A DNA stretch of 64,000 bases from Fibrobacterota bacterium (GTDB lineage: Bacteria > Fibrobacterota > Fibrobacteria > UBA5070), in assembly GCA_029557215.1 (NCBI GenBank), contig JAKPQQ010000309.1, positions 55,927 through 119,926 on the forward strand, written 5' to 3'. The position numbers were made by a program, and so were the translations under genes. The notes under the pieces are model-generated. The model searched no databases and was not told where the DNA came from. It worked only from the letters and a program-made list of their open reading frames with translations. Shown here piece after piece: positions 51,943-62,718 of this stretch (position 1 is its first letter; every line of letters begins with the position of its first letter).

Positions 51943-52962
51943 TCAGGTCCCCAGCAGGTCTTCCGCCACGGTCCGGCAGCCGTGCGAGGCGGCGAGGTGG
52001 CCGGCCAGGTATTCCTGTTCCGTCTGGCCTGGGGTCGGCACGAACAGGCAACGCTGGTCCAGCAGATCCAATGCGCACAGGTCCATCACCGTGCTGTAGC
52101 CGCCGCGGCAGATGATCTCGCGCGCTCCGCGAAGGGCCGTGGCGAGCTCCGCGGTCGGCAGGTGCGGCGTCTCCACGAGTCCGCTCGGGGCGGGTTCGCC
52201 GGTGGGAAGAGGCAGGTCGGGGCGTCCGCGGACCAGAAGATGCCTGCCCTTCCGATCGGACAGGAGTTGTCGGAGGCGTTCTTCGAACGCCGTCCGTGTC
52301 GGTTCGGGCCCCGAAACCAGGGCGACGGTGTCCCACATGTCCACCCATGCGGGAGTGGGCAGGTCGCGGAACCTGGACAGAGGCCCGACGTAGCGCAGAC
52401 GCGGGAAGGCCCCAGGACGCGATGGATGCCCCAGCTTGCCCGAAAGGTCGTCCAACGTCTCGTTGTCGGGAATCCAGAGTTCGTCGAAATGGCGGGCCAT
52501 CCTCGACAGGAATCGTTCGCCGAGCGGTTCCAGCCTGGTCAACGGTCCGGGAGCCGCCAGGCGGAGCTGGTGCGAGAGCAGGACGGATTTCGCACCGGAG
52601 GCATGGCATCCGTAGCGGTTGTCGGAAAGCACGAGGTCGTAGCGCCCCGATTTCACCCAGCCTTCGACCAGGGCATGTTCGGCGCGGACGGCCTTGTACA
52701 CGCGGGGGAGGCTCGCCAGGAGTCCGGGAACGAGCCGCCAACCCTTGGCGTAGGTGATGCCGTAGTCGGGCAGCTCGCGCAGTTCCAGATCGGGGAACTC
52801 GCGGCGCCACCAGTCGGCGGAACGCCCGTTGGAGGCCAGCACCACACGGGTTCCGGTGGCCAGGAGTGCATGGACCAGAGGCGTGGTGCGGGCCACGTGG
52901 CCCAGTCCCCAATCGAGCGCGCAGACCAGTGCGGCCCGCGGCGGCGCGATGGGGAACTTCAT
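51943..52962 (-). CDS. glycosyltransferase (GT28/MurG-like C-terminal domain family)
   Basis: The N-terminal CALDWGLGHVARTTPLV (G-x-GH loop) and C-terminal ICRGGYSTVMDL...FVPTPGQTEQEYLA are typical of the GT1/GT28 superfamily. It starts 4 nt downstream of rfbB. Confidence 0.7.
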   Translation of the reverse strand: MKFPIAPPRAALVCALDWGLGHVARTTPLVHALLATGTRVVLASNGRSADWWRREFPDLELRELPDYGITYAKGWRLVPGLLASLPRVYKAVRAEHALVEGWVKSGRYDLVLSDNRYGCHASGAKSVLLSHQLRLAAPGPLTRLEPLGERFLSRMARHFDELWIPDNETLDDLSGKLGHPSRPGAFPRLRYVGPLSRFRDLPTPAWVDMWDTVALVSGPEPTRTAFEERLRQLLSDRKGRHLLVRGRPDLPLPTGEPAPSGLVETPHLPTAELATALRGAREIICRGGYSTVMDLCALDLLDQRCLFVPTPGQTEQEYLAGHLAASHGCRTVAEDLLGT

Positions 52963-52966
52963 CGTG

Positions 52967-54904
<1,938 letters not shown>

Positions 54905-54908
<4 letters not shown>

Positions 54909-55402
54909 CCCTGGAAGTTCGTGAATTGGAGATCGACCGACCAGTCGCCCTTGCGCAGCATCTGCATCGCGTCCTGGAGATCGTCCTTGGACTTGCCCGT
55001 CACGCGCAGGTGGTCGCCCAGGATGGACGCCTGCACCTTGAGCTGCTTGGCCTCCTTGATGGCCGCGGCGATCTTCTTGGCGTCGGGCTGCGGGATGCCC
55101 GCCTTGAGGCTGGCTTCCTGGCGCACGGTCATGTGTCCGGCCGCCTGCAGCTTGCCCCACTCGAGTCCCTTGGTGCTCACGCCGCGCTTGATCAGCTTGG
55201 TGTCCAGGACGTCCTTGAGCTGTTCCATCTTGGGTTCGTCGTCGGCGGTGAGCTTGAGCTTGTCGCCGTCGAACTCGATCTCGCACTTGCTTCCCTTGAA
55301 GTCGAACCGCGAAGAAACCTCGCGTTTCGCCTGGTCCACCGCGTTGCGGACTTCCTGGGGGTCGATCTTGCTGACGATGTCGAAGGAGCAGTCTTTGGCC
55401 AT
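54905..55402 (-). CDS. yajQ: YajQ-family nucleotide (cyclic-di-GMP)-binding protein
   Basis: MAKDCSFDIVSKIDPQEVRNAVDQAKREVSSRFDFKGS... matches YajQ/UPF0234 end to end. 165 aa. Confidence 0.9.
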
Positions 55403-55444
55403 AGGATCCTCAAGTTACCAAAGCGCGCCGCCGCGCGGCCCATG

Positions 55445-55993
55445 CTACTTGCCGGCGGTCAACCGCTTGAGGGTGTCGATCTCGGAATTGGCGATCTTGG
55501 CTTTGCGGGCGATTTCCACGAGGTCTTCCATCTCCTTGCGCTGCCCGCGAGCGAAGTGGTAGCGTCCCGCCGCCAGGAGAAGCCGGGAATCGACCTCGCC
55601 TTTGGCCAAGGCCGCGGCGGCGAATCCCTTGCGCAGGTCGTTGGGGTCGTCGGTGAGCGACAACCGCCAGAACGTGGCGACGGCCGAACCGCGCGGTTCC
55701 AGGTCCGCGCACCGGTCGCGGACGGCCTGCACCTTGCCCCAGGAGAGGTCCCGGCGGCAGATCCTGTCCAGGTCCCGGATCTTCGACGGTGCGGCCGGAG
55801 CGGGTTTCGATTCCGGTTTCCCGGCCGTGGCCTTGCCGGGCTTGCCCGACTTCGCAGGCTTGGCGGGAGAGGCCGCCTTGGATGTGGTGGCGGATTTTCC
55901 CGGAGACGGTTTCGCTTTCGAAGCCGCCGACGGCTTGGAGGACGGCGCCAGGAGCGCCATCGCGGCGACGACGAGGACGGCCGGGGCGATCAA
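55445..55993 (-). CDS. membrane-anchored protein with a Pro/Ala/Lys-rich linker, function unknown
   Basis: A TTG at 55993 overlaps the upstream stop (TTGA). TM segment IAPAVLVVAAMALLAP, low-complexity SKPSAASKAKPSPGKSATTSKAASPAKPAKSGKPGKATAGKPESKPAPAAP, then a helical C-terminal domain. The start is uncertain (an ATG lies 10 codons downstream). Confidence 0.5.
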   Translation of the reverse strand: MIAPAVLVVAAMALLAPSSKPSAASKAKPSPGKSATTSKAASPAKPAKSGKPGKATAGKPESKPAPAAPSKIRDLDRICRRDLSWGKVQAVRDRCADLEPRGSAVATFWRLSLTDDPNDLRKGFAAAALAKGEVDSRLLLAAGRYHFARGQRKEMEDLVEIARKAKIANSEIDTLKRLTAGK

Positions 55994-57012
55994 CGGGACG
56001 GTTCCCCGATCCGCACGATCCTGCGCCCGAATTCGTCGATCCGGGCTTCCAGGCGATCGGATTCCGCCAGCAGCAGCGACGCCGGCGGCTTGGGGAGCTT
56101 GGCGACGGAATCCGACAGTTGCTGCACGCGCATTCCGGGGAGCTCGCGGGTCTTCCAGCTCGACACGGGGAACGCCAGGATCGGTTCGATGGGCGAAAGC
56201 AGTTTCACGGCCAGGATGTCGGCTTGGGAGCCGACCCAGGCGCCGACCACCGTCTGGAATTCGCGCGGCGCGTGGATCCGCACCGAATCCCAGTCCCATT
56301 CGGGCGACCACCAGGCTCCGGCCTGGTAGGACGCCTCCAGTCGATCCCACGCCGACTTCCCGTCGCGCCGCGAGAACGACCATTTCTGTCCATCCGGCCC
56401 GGAAAGCTCCATTCCGCAGACGCCGGCCTTGTCCAGGCAAGGATTGACGACGTCCACCGAAAGCTTGCGCTGGGCCGCGAGCGAACGCAGGCCGTTTTCC
56501 GTCACGCCGTCGGCCAATCCCACGCTGGCCGTGGGCGCGGCCTGGCCCAGGGGCGCGATGCGAAGCCCGGTGGCGCCGTGGCGGGCGAAGGTGGCGGCGG
56601 CCAGGCGCGGCTTGCAGGATCGGCAGAGGAACCCTTGCGAAGCGGGTTCGCGCATTCCCTTCAAGAACGCTTTCGGCAAGGCGTCGGGGTCGGTTTCCGT
56701 CCATTCGGATTCGTTGGACGTTCCGTCGAGGATCGCCCAGAAGACGTCGTCGGGAAGATCGTGGGCGCGCACTCCCGTTTCGGCGGTCCATTCCAGCGAC
56801 CGCACGGACCCGTCCTTGGCCGAATCGGTGGCGACCAGGACGCGTTGCGCGCCGCCGGAAAGCTTGCGGCTCTGCCACACGCCTCGCCGGGCTTCGTCGG
56901 CGGGTTCCAGGCGCCAAAGCTTGCGCAGGGCGTCCATGGTCGAGGGCCATCCCGGATTCTGTCCAGACGCCAAGGAGGATGCGAGCGCGATGGCCGCGAG
57001 CCAGGCGGTCAT
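55990..57012 (-). CDS. secreted hypothetical protein
   Basis: ATG at 57012 overlaps the hpt stop (ATGA). Signal peptide MTAWLAAIALASSLASG. In-frame GC3 bias is present. No recognised domain. Confidence 0.55.
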   Translation of the reverse strand: MTAWLAAIALASSLASGQNPGWPSTMDALRKLWRLEPADEARRGVWQSRKLSGGAQRVLVATDSAKDGSVRSLEWTAETGVRAHDLPDDVFWAILDGTSNESEWTETDPDALPKAFLKGMREPASQGFLCRSCKPRLAAATFARHGATGLRIAPLGQAAPTASVGLADGVTENGLRSLAAQRKLSVDVVNPCLDKAGVCGMELSGPDGQKWSFSRRDGKSAWDRLEASYQAGAWWSPEWDWDSVRIHAPREFQTVVGAWVGSQADILAVKLLSPIEPILAFPVSSWKTRELPGMRVQQLSDSVAKLPKPPASLLLAESDRLEARIDEFGRRIVRIGEPSR

Positions 57013-57536
57013 TCCGCGGGCTCCGGAAGCTGCGCGACGTGGGGCAGGTTGCGGTACTTTTCCGCGTGGTCCAGGCCGTAGCCCACCACGAACACGTCGG
57101 GGACCTGGAACCCGAAGAAATCGGGCTTGATGGCCGCGTCTCGCCGATGCGGCTTGTCGAGCAGGAAGCATCCGCGCACGGAAAGGGCTTCGCGCTCAAG
57201 CAGCCAGTCCTTGAGCGCCAGGAACGTCGCGCCGGTGTCCAGGATGTCGTCGACCACCAGGACGTGCTTGTCGGAGATCTTCTCCAGGTCCGGGCCGATC
57301 ACCTCGGGAGCTCGTTCGGGCGACGTGGAGTTCCCGTAGGTGCGCGACTGGGCGAACTCGAGCTGGAACGGCGAGCGGATCTGGCGCATCAGGTCGGACG
57401 CGAAGACCATGGCCCCCTTGAGGACCACCAGCAGGATGAACTCCTCGCCGTCGTAGTGCTTGTCGATCTCCTTGGCGACCTGCGCCACCCGCGCCTCGAT
57501 CTGTCGGGCCTGGAGGAGGATCCGGCTGGTCGTCAT
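57009..57536 (-). CDS. hpt: hypoxanthine-guanine phosphoribosyltransferase
   Basis: LLVVLKGAMVFASDL and the PRPP motif VLVVDDILDTGATF, with the C-terminal VVGYGLDHAEKYRNLP. 175 aa. The rest of the 991-aa track ORF is an alternative frame of GH57. Confidence 0.9.
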   Translation of the reverse strand: MTTSRILLQARQIEARVAQVAKEIDKHYDGEEFILLVVLKGAMVFASDLMRQIRSPFQLEFAQSRTYGNSTSPERAPEVIGPDLEKISDKHVLVVDDILDTGATFLALKDWLLEREALSVRGCFLLDKPHRRDAAIKPDFFGFQVPDVFVVGYGLDHAEKYRNLPHVAQLPEPAE

Positions 57537-60013
57537 TCTTTCTTTTCCCCGTAGGAGAGCGCTTCGCGTTCGATGTCCATGTTGAAATTGAGCCGTTCCA
57601 GCAGCGCGATCCAAGTTGCCGCTTTTTGTCGCCCAGTGTCGTTGAGCGCGGGATCCTTGAGGATCGGGTGGAGCTTTTCCGCGCGGATGCGCTCGCCCAG
57701 GTTCTCCAGCGGGGCCTTGCTCACGGGGATCTTGGCGGCCTCGCCCAGGTCCAGCAGGATGCGGATCGAATCCACCGCGGCCTGGTCGGCCGACGTGGAC
57801 AGCCGCTTCATGTGGCTGCGCAGCGCCTTGTCCAGGGACCGGGCGGGCATCCGCGGATCGAGCTGCAACCCCAGCGAGGCGGCTTCCTGCAACGCCTGGT
57901 GGGCTTCCTTGATGGATTGCGCGTCCGGGTGGGCGAGGGTCTTGCGGATGGCGTCGCCCAGGGCGTGTTCCAGGATGACCTGACGCGAAGCCAGTAGGAA
58001 CGCGGGAGCGCGGAACCCGAGCGATTCCAGATCCTGTCGAGGGTCGAGCGAGGCCTGGTCGAGCTTGCGGTGCAGCGGGAGCAGGTCGTCGAGCGCGTGT
58101 TGCACGCGGCGGTCGGCCAGGTCGCGGCGCTTGTCCAGGAGAAGGTCGGGAAGATGGAACGGGTGGCAGATCCAGGCCCGCGCCACCGCCTGGTGGAGGG
58201 CCTTGCCCGACAGGTTCCAGTCGACCTGCGGGAGCGAAGTCGCGTCTTCCAGGATGCGGACCTCCGCCGCCGAACCATCCACCTGCCATGCGAGCACCCG
58301 CATGATGGAAGTGGTTTCCAGTTCGGGGTCGCGCACCTTGGCGCGCCCCGTCCAGACGCCGGCGGTCGGCGATTCGAGCTCGAGATCCACGTGGTGGTGG
58401 AACAGCTTGGCGGGGTCCTCGTCCAGGGGTGTTTCCACCAGGCGTTCGAACAGCGCGTGGGCGGCCACCAGGTGGCTCGCGTTCCAGCGCGGGCGCACCC
58501 AGTTTTCCCACATCCACCTGCCCGTGCGCGACTCCACGTTGGAGACCGCCTCCTCGAGCTGCGACAGGATCCGTCGTTCCGGCGAAGGACGCCCCAGCGA
58601 CTCGATGAGTTCGCACACGCGACGGGCGTAGCGCATGTTCTGGACCGGTTCGAGCCCTCCCAGGTCGTCGAAGAACCAGCCGCAGCTGGTGAGGCAGAAC
58701 TGGCCCATCCGCACGAGTTCGAGCAGGATCAACGCCCTGGAACGTCCTTCGTCGTCGAGTTCGGGCCGCAGGTGCCGGGAAAGCCAGGCCTCGCGGGTGA
58801 GCGCTCCCGTGCGGGTGGCGACCCATTCCTGGCGGGCGTCCCAAGGGTCGTTCAGAAGGTCGGGCGACAGCGCGTCCCAGGTGGATTCGGCCGCGTCGCG
58901 GGCCAGCTCCATGGCCTTGCGCAAAGGGCCGCGCCAGGCCTGGTTCCAGCCCGGGCCTCCGCCTGTGTTGCAGCCGCAATCGCGTTGCCAGCGGCCGGTT
59001 CCGTGCGCGCACGACCAGGCGGTGCCTTCGCCGTGCGAGTTCTTGAGGCGCACTTCCTCCACGGGCGGGCACAGCTCCAGAAAATGTCCGTAGTTGGTGG
59101 GGATGACGCCGTCGCGCGGACAGAGCGTCTCGAACAGGTAGGCCAGGGCCATGTCGCCGAACGGCTCGTGGTGGCCGTACGATTCGCCGTCGGTGGCGAT
59201 GTTGACCAGGCTCGGGGTCTGGCTGTCGGGTGTCCATGCGCCCTTCAGGCGTTGGAAGAACCCTTGGGCGTCGCGCAGCAGATGTTCGAACCCGACCGCG
59301 GACGAAATGGGGCCGTCGTAGAAGAACACGTCCAGATGGCCGCCGCAGATCGGCTCGCCGTGGATGTCCAATGGGTAGATGCGGTAGGGGCGTCGCGGAT
59401 CGATCGACTGGTCCGAGACGTCGTTCCACTGGTCGGAATCCATGTGGCGCACGCGTTCGGCCTGCGTGGGCGCCAGCACGGTGAACTTCACGCCCGATTC
59501 GATCAGGTCGACCACCGTGTCCATGTTGATGGCGGTCTCCGCGAGCCAAATCCCCTCGGCGTCGCGTCCGAACCGGGATTTGAAATCGCGCAGTCCCCAG
59601 CCGATCTGGGTCTGGCGGTCGCGGCGGGTCCCGAGCGGCATGATGGCGTGGTTGTACACCTGGGCGATCGCGTTGCCGTGTCCGCGCTGGTCGGCGCGCG
59701 ACAAGCGGTCGGCCTCCAGGATGCGTTCCAACGTTTCGCGGTCGTGTTTTTCGATCCAGTCCAGGAGCGTGGGCCCGAAATTGAACGACAGGTGCCGGTA
59801 GTTGTTGACCAGGCCTCTGATCCTGCCCCAGCCGTCCAACAGGCGCGAGGCGCCGTTGGGGGCGTAGCACTCGCGCGAGATGCGCTCGTTCCAGTCGTGG
59901 TGCGGCGCGGCGCTTTCCTGGGCCTCGATCTCGCCGATCCAGGGGTTTTCGCGCGGTGGCTGGTAGAAGTGGCCGTGGATGCACAGCCGCATGGGATGGC
60001 GAATCGGAGTCAT
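57533..60013 (-). CDS. GH57-family alpha-glucan-active enzyme with a long C-terminal extension
   Basis: LCIHGHFYQPPRENPW, HLSFNFGPTLLDWI, YNHAIMPL and ATDGESYGHHE are GH57 blocks. The stop overlaps the hpt start (ATGA). The start is either ATG 60013 or ATG 59991. Confidence 0.85.
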   Translation of the reverse strand: MTPIRHPMRLCIHGHFYQPPRENPWIGEIEAQESAAPHHDWNERISRECYAPNGASRLLDGWGRIRGLVNNYRHLSFNFGPTLLDWIEKHDRETLERILEADRLSRADQRGHGNAIAQVYNHAIMPLGTRRDRQTQIGWGLRDFKSRFGRDAEGIWLAETAINMDTVVDLIESGVKFTVLAPTQAERVRHMDSDQWNDVSDQSIDPRRPYRIYPLDIHGEPICGGHLDVFFYDGPISSAVGFEHLLRDAQGFFQRLKGAWTPDSQTPSLVNIATDGESYGHHEPFGDMALAYLFETLCPRDGVIPTNYGHFLELCPPVEEVRLKNSHGEGTAWSCAHGTGRWQRDCGCNTGGGPGWNQAWRGPLRKAMELARDAAESTWDALSPDLLNDPWDARQEWVATRTGALTREAWLSRHLRPELDDEGRSRALILLELVRMGQFCLTSCGWFFDDLGGLEPVQNMRYARRVCELIESLGRPSPERRILSQLEEAVSNVESRTGRWMWENWVRPRWNASHLVAAHALFERLVETPLDEDPAKLFHHHVDLELESPTAGVWTGRAKVRDPELETTSIMRVLAWQVDGSAAEVRILEDATSLPQVDWNLSGKALHQAVARAWICHPFHLPDLLLDKRRDLADRRVQHALDDLLPLHRKLDQASLDPRQDLESLGFRAPAFLLASRQVILEHALGDAIRKTLAHPDAQSIKEAHQALQEAASLGLQLDPRMPARSLDKALRSHMKRLSTSADQAAVDSIRILLDLGEAAKIPVSKAPLENLGERIRAEKLHPILKDPALNDTGRQKAATWIALLERLNFNMDIEREALSYGEKKE

Positions 60014-60176
60014 TCCTTGTCTGTGTCCCTTCTGCTCGTTTCCGAGTTTAGCAAAATGGGCGATGACGACATTGTCCGATCCCGGGACCCGGTGGCGCCA
60101 TGGGCATCTGGTGGACGGTGGGAGGGGGGTGCGGGAATGGCCGGAAGCGATCCTCGGGGATCGGGGTCGAATCGCG

Positions 60177-61313
60177 TCAATTTCCGTAGATCGACAAGAT
60201 CCTCTCCAGGAAGAGTTCCGGCGAATGATCCCGGGCGATCTTCCGCGTCGCTTCGAGTCCGAACCGCACCCGATCGAAGCCGCGGGCCTCGGTACGAAGC
60301 AATTCGCTCCAGGCATCCACGGAACCTCGCTCGACCAGGAATCCGTTCCGGCCGTGTTCGATCAAGTCGGGATACCCGCCCACCCGCGAGGCGGCGACGG
60401 GGCATCCTTCGCGCATGGCTTCCAGGACGAAGACGGGGGCGTTTTCCACCCAGAGGCTGGGAAGTGCGGCCAGATGGGCGTTGCGGCATTCTTCCAAGAC
60501 TCGTTCGCGAGGCAGCTTGCCCAGCCAATCGACGCGATCGGCGACGCCCAGGCGGGACGACAGATCCTGAAGCGATGCTTTGTGGCCTCCCTCGCCCGCG
60601 ATCCTGAACCGGACGCCGGGGACCTTCGAGATGGCTTCGACCAGGAACTGGAGCCCTTTTTCCTTCTCGATCCGACCCGCATGGAACAGGGTCAACGCAT
60701 CTGGGAGAGTCGATGCGGGGGAAAGCGCATCGGGAGCTTCGATGAACAAGGGCAAGGCCACGCTGGGAACGCCGGGATAGAGTCGCCCGACCCAGTCGGC
60801 AAGGAACTTGGACGGCGCCGTGAAGGTCTTCACCGTTCGGCGCAGCACGGGAATCTGCAAGGCGAGGCGCAAGGAGTTGTATCTGCGGTATCCGTCGAGC
60901 GCGAGACTTGTGCTTCGCAGGCAACGGCTGTTGAAGCAGTGGCCGCCGAACCCTTTTTCGCAGACGCTGGCGTCGCCGCGGGTCATCCAGCCCTCCGGGC
61001 AGACCGCGCTGAAGTCGTGGGTCGTGCAGACGACCGGGATGCCGAGGTGCTTCGCCGCCAGGAAGGGCGCGATGGACCACAGCAGGTTGTATTTGTGGAT
61101 GTGCACGACATCCGGGCCGAACGCGCGGAAACGCCTGAGCGCGACCAGATACAGCCAAGGGTTGAACAACATGGACGCGTAGTGGATGGGGTGCTTGCGT
61201 CCGTGGAGGATGTCCGTCTGGTGCCCGGCCGAGTTCAGGAGGGTGGACAGGCCGTGGAGATGGACTTCGGCCCCGCCTCCGGAAAAATGGTCGTTGACGA
61301 GTTGGATGCGCAT
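60177..61313 (-). CDS. glycosyltransferase family 4 (GT-B, group 1)
   Basis: MRIQLVNDHFSGGGAEVH at the N-terminus. C-terminal E-x7-E region: PSLWVENAPVFVLEAMREGCPVAASRVGGYPDLIEHGRNGFLV. Confidence 0.85.
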   Translation of the reverse strand: MRIQLVNDHFSGGGAEVHLHGLSTLLNSAGHQTDILHGRKHPIHYASMLFNPWLYLVALRRFRAFGPDVVHIHKYNLLWSIAPFLAAKHLGIPVVCTTHDFSAVCPEGWMTRGDASVCEKGFGGHCFNSRCLRSTSLALDGYRRYNSLRLALQIPVLRRTVKTFTAPSKFLADWVGRLYPGVPSVALPLFIEAPDALSPASTLPDALTLFHAGRIEKEKGLQFLVEAISKVPGVRFRIAGEGGHKASLQDLSSRLGVADRVDWLGKLPRERVLEECRNAHLAALPSLWVENAPVFVLEAMREGCPVAASRVGGYPDLIEHGRNGFLVERGSVDAWSELLRTEARGFDRVRFGLEATRKIARDHSPELFLERILSIYGN

Positions 61314-61346
61314 GCTGCCCTGGAAAGTGCATTTTCTGGAGATCGC

Positions 61347-62024
61347 ATGAACGACAACTACTCAGCCTACCTTCAAGACGCTTATGCCGCACGTCCAGCC
61401 TCGTACTATCTCGGGTTCGTGAAGACTCCGGTGGAATCCGGGCAATCCGTGCTCGATTGGGGTTGTGGACTTGGTGGTCTCCTGCTTGCGCTGGAGGAAC
61501 ACTGCCCGGGTTTGAAGCTTTCGGGAGCCGATGTTCTCGACGACACGTTGGCGCGGATTCGCAAGGCCAAACCGAATTGGGATCTCCGGAAGATCGACGT
61601 TTCAGCCTCGCAACTGCCGTGGGAAGCAAACAGCTTCGACCGGATCTTCCTGTTGGATGTGATCGAGCATGTGCCCGATCCTCTCGCGTTGCTTGCGGAA
61701 GCTCGACGACTTCTCAAAACGGGTGGCATTCTGACCATTTCGACCCCCGATCGCTTGGCTTTCTACAAGAAGCCGGGAAAAGGCCCTGTCGGGAACATCG
61801 GATTCAATCTCCGCCGGATTTTTGGGCTTGAATGGGTGGATCCCACCCACTTGACGGAATACACGACCTGGTCGCTTTCCAGATTGCTTTCGCGATCGAC
61901 TTTCGGTGTCTCCGGATTCCGTCCGAGCGCATGGCACTGGATTCCCTGGGCCAGACCGCCGAAGCGACATTTCAGTTTCGTCGTTGAACTTTGGAATGAG
62001 CCGGAGAGCAAGCATGAGTACTGA
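61347..62024 (+). CDS. class I SAM-dependent methyltransferase
   Basis: VLDWGCGLGG (motif I), FDRIFLLDVIEHVPDP and LKTGGILTISTP. Only the last 225 codons of the 681-aa track ORF are supported. Confidence 0.8.
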   Translation: MNDNYSAYLQDAYAARPASYYLGFVKTPVESGQSVLDWGCGLGGLLLALEEHCPGLKLSGADVLDDTLARIRKAKPNWDLRKIDVSASQLPWEANSFDRIFLLDVIEHVPDPLALLAEARRLLKTGGILTISTPDRLAFYKKPGKGPVGNIGFNLRRIFGLEWVDPTHLTEYTTWSLSRLLSRSTFGVSGFRPSAWHWIPWARPPKRHFSFVVELWNEPESKHEY

Positions 62025-62718
62025 ATCGAATTTATCCCAAGCCAGTTCCGCCGACATGTCGGATTATGGAGTAGGGCACGCCCCGCGGTATGATGCATTG
62101 GAAAAATTGATCGCAGATCTGAGATTGCCAGCTTCCGCCAAGGTTCTCGATGTTGGTTCAAGCTTTTTCACGTTGCGTTTAATCCAGATGTTTCAAGACG
62201 TCTCGACGATGGGATTTTCTGATGCACGAGATTTGATTTGCAAAATCCCGGATAGCATTCCGCATTTCAGTTTCGATCTCAATAATTCTCGCGAACCAAA
62301 GAAGTGGATCGATCTCCCTAAATTCGACCTGATCGTCTTCGCCGAGGTCGTCGAGCATCTGCCCACCGCCCCGCAACAGGTGTTCCGATTCCTCGCCAGC
62401 GGATTGGCTCGTTCCGGACTTCTTGTTGTCCAAACGCCCAACGTGACTTCGCTCGACAAACGTCTGAAAATGCTGTCCGGAACCAATCCCTACGAATTGA
62501 TCCGGGAGGACTGGACAAATCCTGGCCATTTTCGGGAATACACGAAGGCGGAATTGGTTTCCATGGCGAAAGATGCGGGGCTGGAACTGGTTCGCCACGA
62601 GTACCGCAGCTATTTTAAAAGTCCCCGCCTGGCGATGAAATTCATCGATCTGCTTGTGGTACCCTTCCCGTTTCTGCGCCGTGGTCAGACCGCGGTATTC
62701 CGCCTCCAATCCAAGTAG
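62014..62718 (+). CDS. SAM-dependent methyltransferase-like protein (degenerate motif I), low-GC gene
   Basis: VLDVGSSFF, FDLIVFAEVVEHLPTAP and GLLVVQTPN. It overlaps the previous gene by 11 nt. G+C is visibly lower than in the neighbours. Confidence 0.65.
   Translation: MSTESNLSQASSADMSDYGVGHAPRYDALEKLIADLRLPASAKVLDVGSSFFTLRLIQMFQDVSTMGFSDARDLICKIPDSIPHFSFDLNNSREPKKWIDLPKFDLIVFAEVVEHLPTAPQQVFRFLASGLARSGLLVVQTPNVTSLDKRLKMLSGTNPYELIREDWTNPGHFREYTKAELVSMAKDAGLELVRHEYRSYFKSPRLAMKFIDLLVVPFPFLRRGQTAVFRLQSK

Noticed and set aside
46682-52912. 2076-aa ORF on the minus strand
   Set aside because: It is antisense to the C25-FN3-CBM3 gene, whose domains are unmistakable, and it runs on through the glycosyltransferase gene in a different frame. 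The composition is Arg/Gly/Pro-rich junk.
57537-59984. Upstream part of the 991-aa minus-strand ORF that ends as hpt, and the plus-strand ORFs 58070-60607 and 59979-61346
   Set aside because: These are alternative or antisense frames of the GH57 and GT4 genes with Arg/Pro/Gly-rich translations. Only the hpt part (57009-57536) and the methyltransferase part (61347-62024) carry motifs.
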